From: an uncultured Actinomycetes bacterium
Lineage (GTDB): Bacteria; Actinomycetota; UBA4738; HRBIN12
DNA length: 13,895 nt
Assembly (NCBI GenBank): GCA_963704885.1
Contig: CAVPIB010000012.1
Coordinates: forward strand, 1-13,895
Reading direction: 5' to 3'
The notes under the pieces are model-generated. The model did no database searches and had not been told where the DNA came from. It saw only the letters and a program-made list of their open reading frames with translations. The translations under genes and the position numbers were made by a program. Positions 12,972-13,895 of the stretch are shown here, in pieces (within the stretch, counting starts at the first letter, position 1; each line of letters starts with the position of its first letter).

Positions 12972-13895
12972 AAGGGAGTCGCTGGACCCGTTGGCTGGCG
13001 CTTGGGATCTGGCTCGTCACGCTCCTCCTGTTGTTGCTCGCCGTCATCCTGTCGATCGGCGACCCGGCGAACGAGGTGAAGGACCTGCCGTTCGCCCTCG
13101 GCTTGGGGGTCGGCATGCTGGCCTTCGGCACGATCGGCGCGGTCCTCGCGACCCAGGCACCGAGGAACCCGATCGGATGGCTCTACGGGCTCGCCGCGTT
13201 CGGCGTGGTCCTCAGCGTGAGCGCGGAGCAGTACGCCATCCGAGGGCTCGAGGACCTGACCAACCTGCCGGCCGTTCCGTACATCTACTGGTTGCACCAG
13301 GTCATCACCCCGATCGCGATGTCGCTCATCCCGATCGCGCTCGTTCTCTTCCCCGACGGCCACCTCCTCTCTCGGCGCTGGCGTCCGATCCTGTGGTCCC
13401 TGTTCGCCGCGGCGGTGCTGGGATCGTTCGCGTCGGCGTTCTTCGAAGACATGTTTCAGGTCGGCGAGTCCGCGTACGTGAGGAACCCGTTCAGCATCGG
13501 ATCCGGAGCTGGCGATCGTCTCTGGCCACTGCTGATCGGCCTGCTGCTGGTGGGGATCGTGGGATCGCTCTCGTCGGTGATGATCCGATACCGCAGGTCC
13601 GAGGCAGAGCAGCGCCAGCAGCTCCGTTGGCTGGCCGCCGCCGTGCTGGTCATCGGCGTCGCGGGTGTCGTTGCGCTCGCGATCGGCTTCCTGCCGCCAA
13701 CCGATGTGACCGGGATCCTGAGCGCCGTCGCAGGCTATGTCATGTTGGCCGCCGCAACGATCGGACTCCCCGCCGCGACCGCGGTCGCGATCCTGCGGTA
13801 CCACCTCTACGACCTCGACCTGGTCGTGAAGAAGACGGTCGTGTTCACGATCGTGGCGGTATTCCTCACTGGCCTCTACATAGCGGCTCTGGCGT
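12968..13895 (+). CDS. Third paralogous multi-TM sensor, probably a histidine kinase; HK3 (3' truncated by the window edge)
   Basis: Absent from the ORF track (no stop in the window). ATG overlaps the HK2 stop (ATGA). Manual translation MKGSRWTRWLALGIWLV...PRNPIGWLY...LFPDGHLLSRRWRP...RYRRSEAEQRQQLRW...AILRYHLYDLDLVVKKTVVF shares the membrane-domain motifs of HK1 and HK2. The kinase core lies outside the window. Confidence 0.88.
   Translation, partial: MKGSRWTRWLALGIWLVTLLLLLLAVILSIGDPANEVKDLPFALGLGVGMLAFGTIGAVLATQAPRNPIGWLYGLAAFGVVLSVSAEQYAIRGLEDLTNLPAVPYIYWLHQVITPIAMSLIPIALVLFPDGHLLSRRWRPILWSLFAAAVLGSFASAFFEDMFQVGESAYVRNPFSIGSGAGDRLWPLLIGLLLVGIVGSLSSVMIRYRRSEAEQRQQLRWLAAAVLVIGVAGVVALAIGFLPPTDVTGILSAVAGYVMLAAATIGLPAATAVAILRYHLYDLDLVVKKTVVFTIVAVFLTGLYIAALA

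Noticed and set aside
12845-13804. 319-aa minus-strand ORF
   Set aside because: Shadow of the real plus-strand HK3 frame starting at 12968, which the track omits because it has no stop in the window.
1-13895. CRISPR array, IS element, integrase or rRNA
   Set aside because: No regularly spaced repeats, transposase or recombinase motifs, or rRNA-like sequence were seen.

Overview
High-GC, actinobacterial-looking window in two parts split by a tRNA-Thr(CGT). The left part (1-3400) holds small accessory genes: a type II RHH-antitoxin/RelE-ParE toxin pair, an F420-dependent nitroreductase-family gene, a Cys-rich Ada-like conserved hypothetical, a DHFR/RibD-C family gene, small hypotheticals, a probable gene remnant and a candidate structured RNA. 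The right part (3600-13895) is a dense signalling locus. It encodes a USP-domain/ABC1(UbiB)-kinase fusion, three paralogous multi-TM NarL-type histidine kinases (the last truncated by the window end), a NarL/LuxR response regulator, a divergent paralog of that regulator fused to an intact class III adenylate cyclase, a stand-alone USP and two small hydrophobic ORFs coupled to kinase genes. The main hypothesis (inference) is a self-contained circuit: several sensor kinases phosphorylate a receiver-gated cyclase, and the cAMP is read by Rv1636-like USP domains, one of which is fused to an ABC1 kinase. All calls come from reading motifs by eye; no searches were run.
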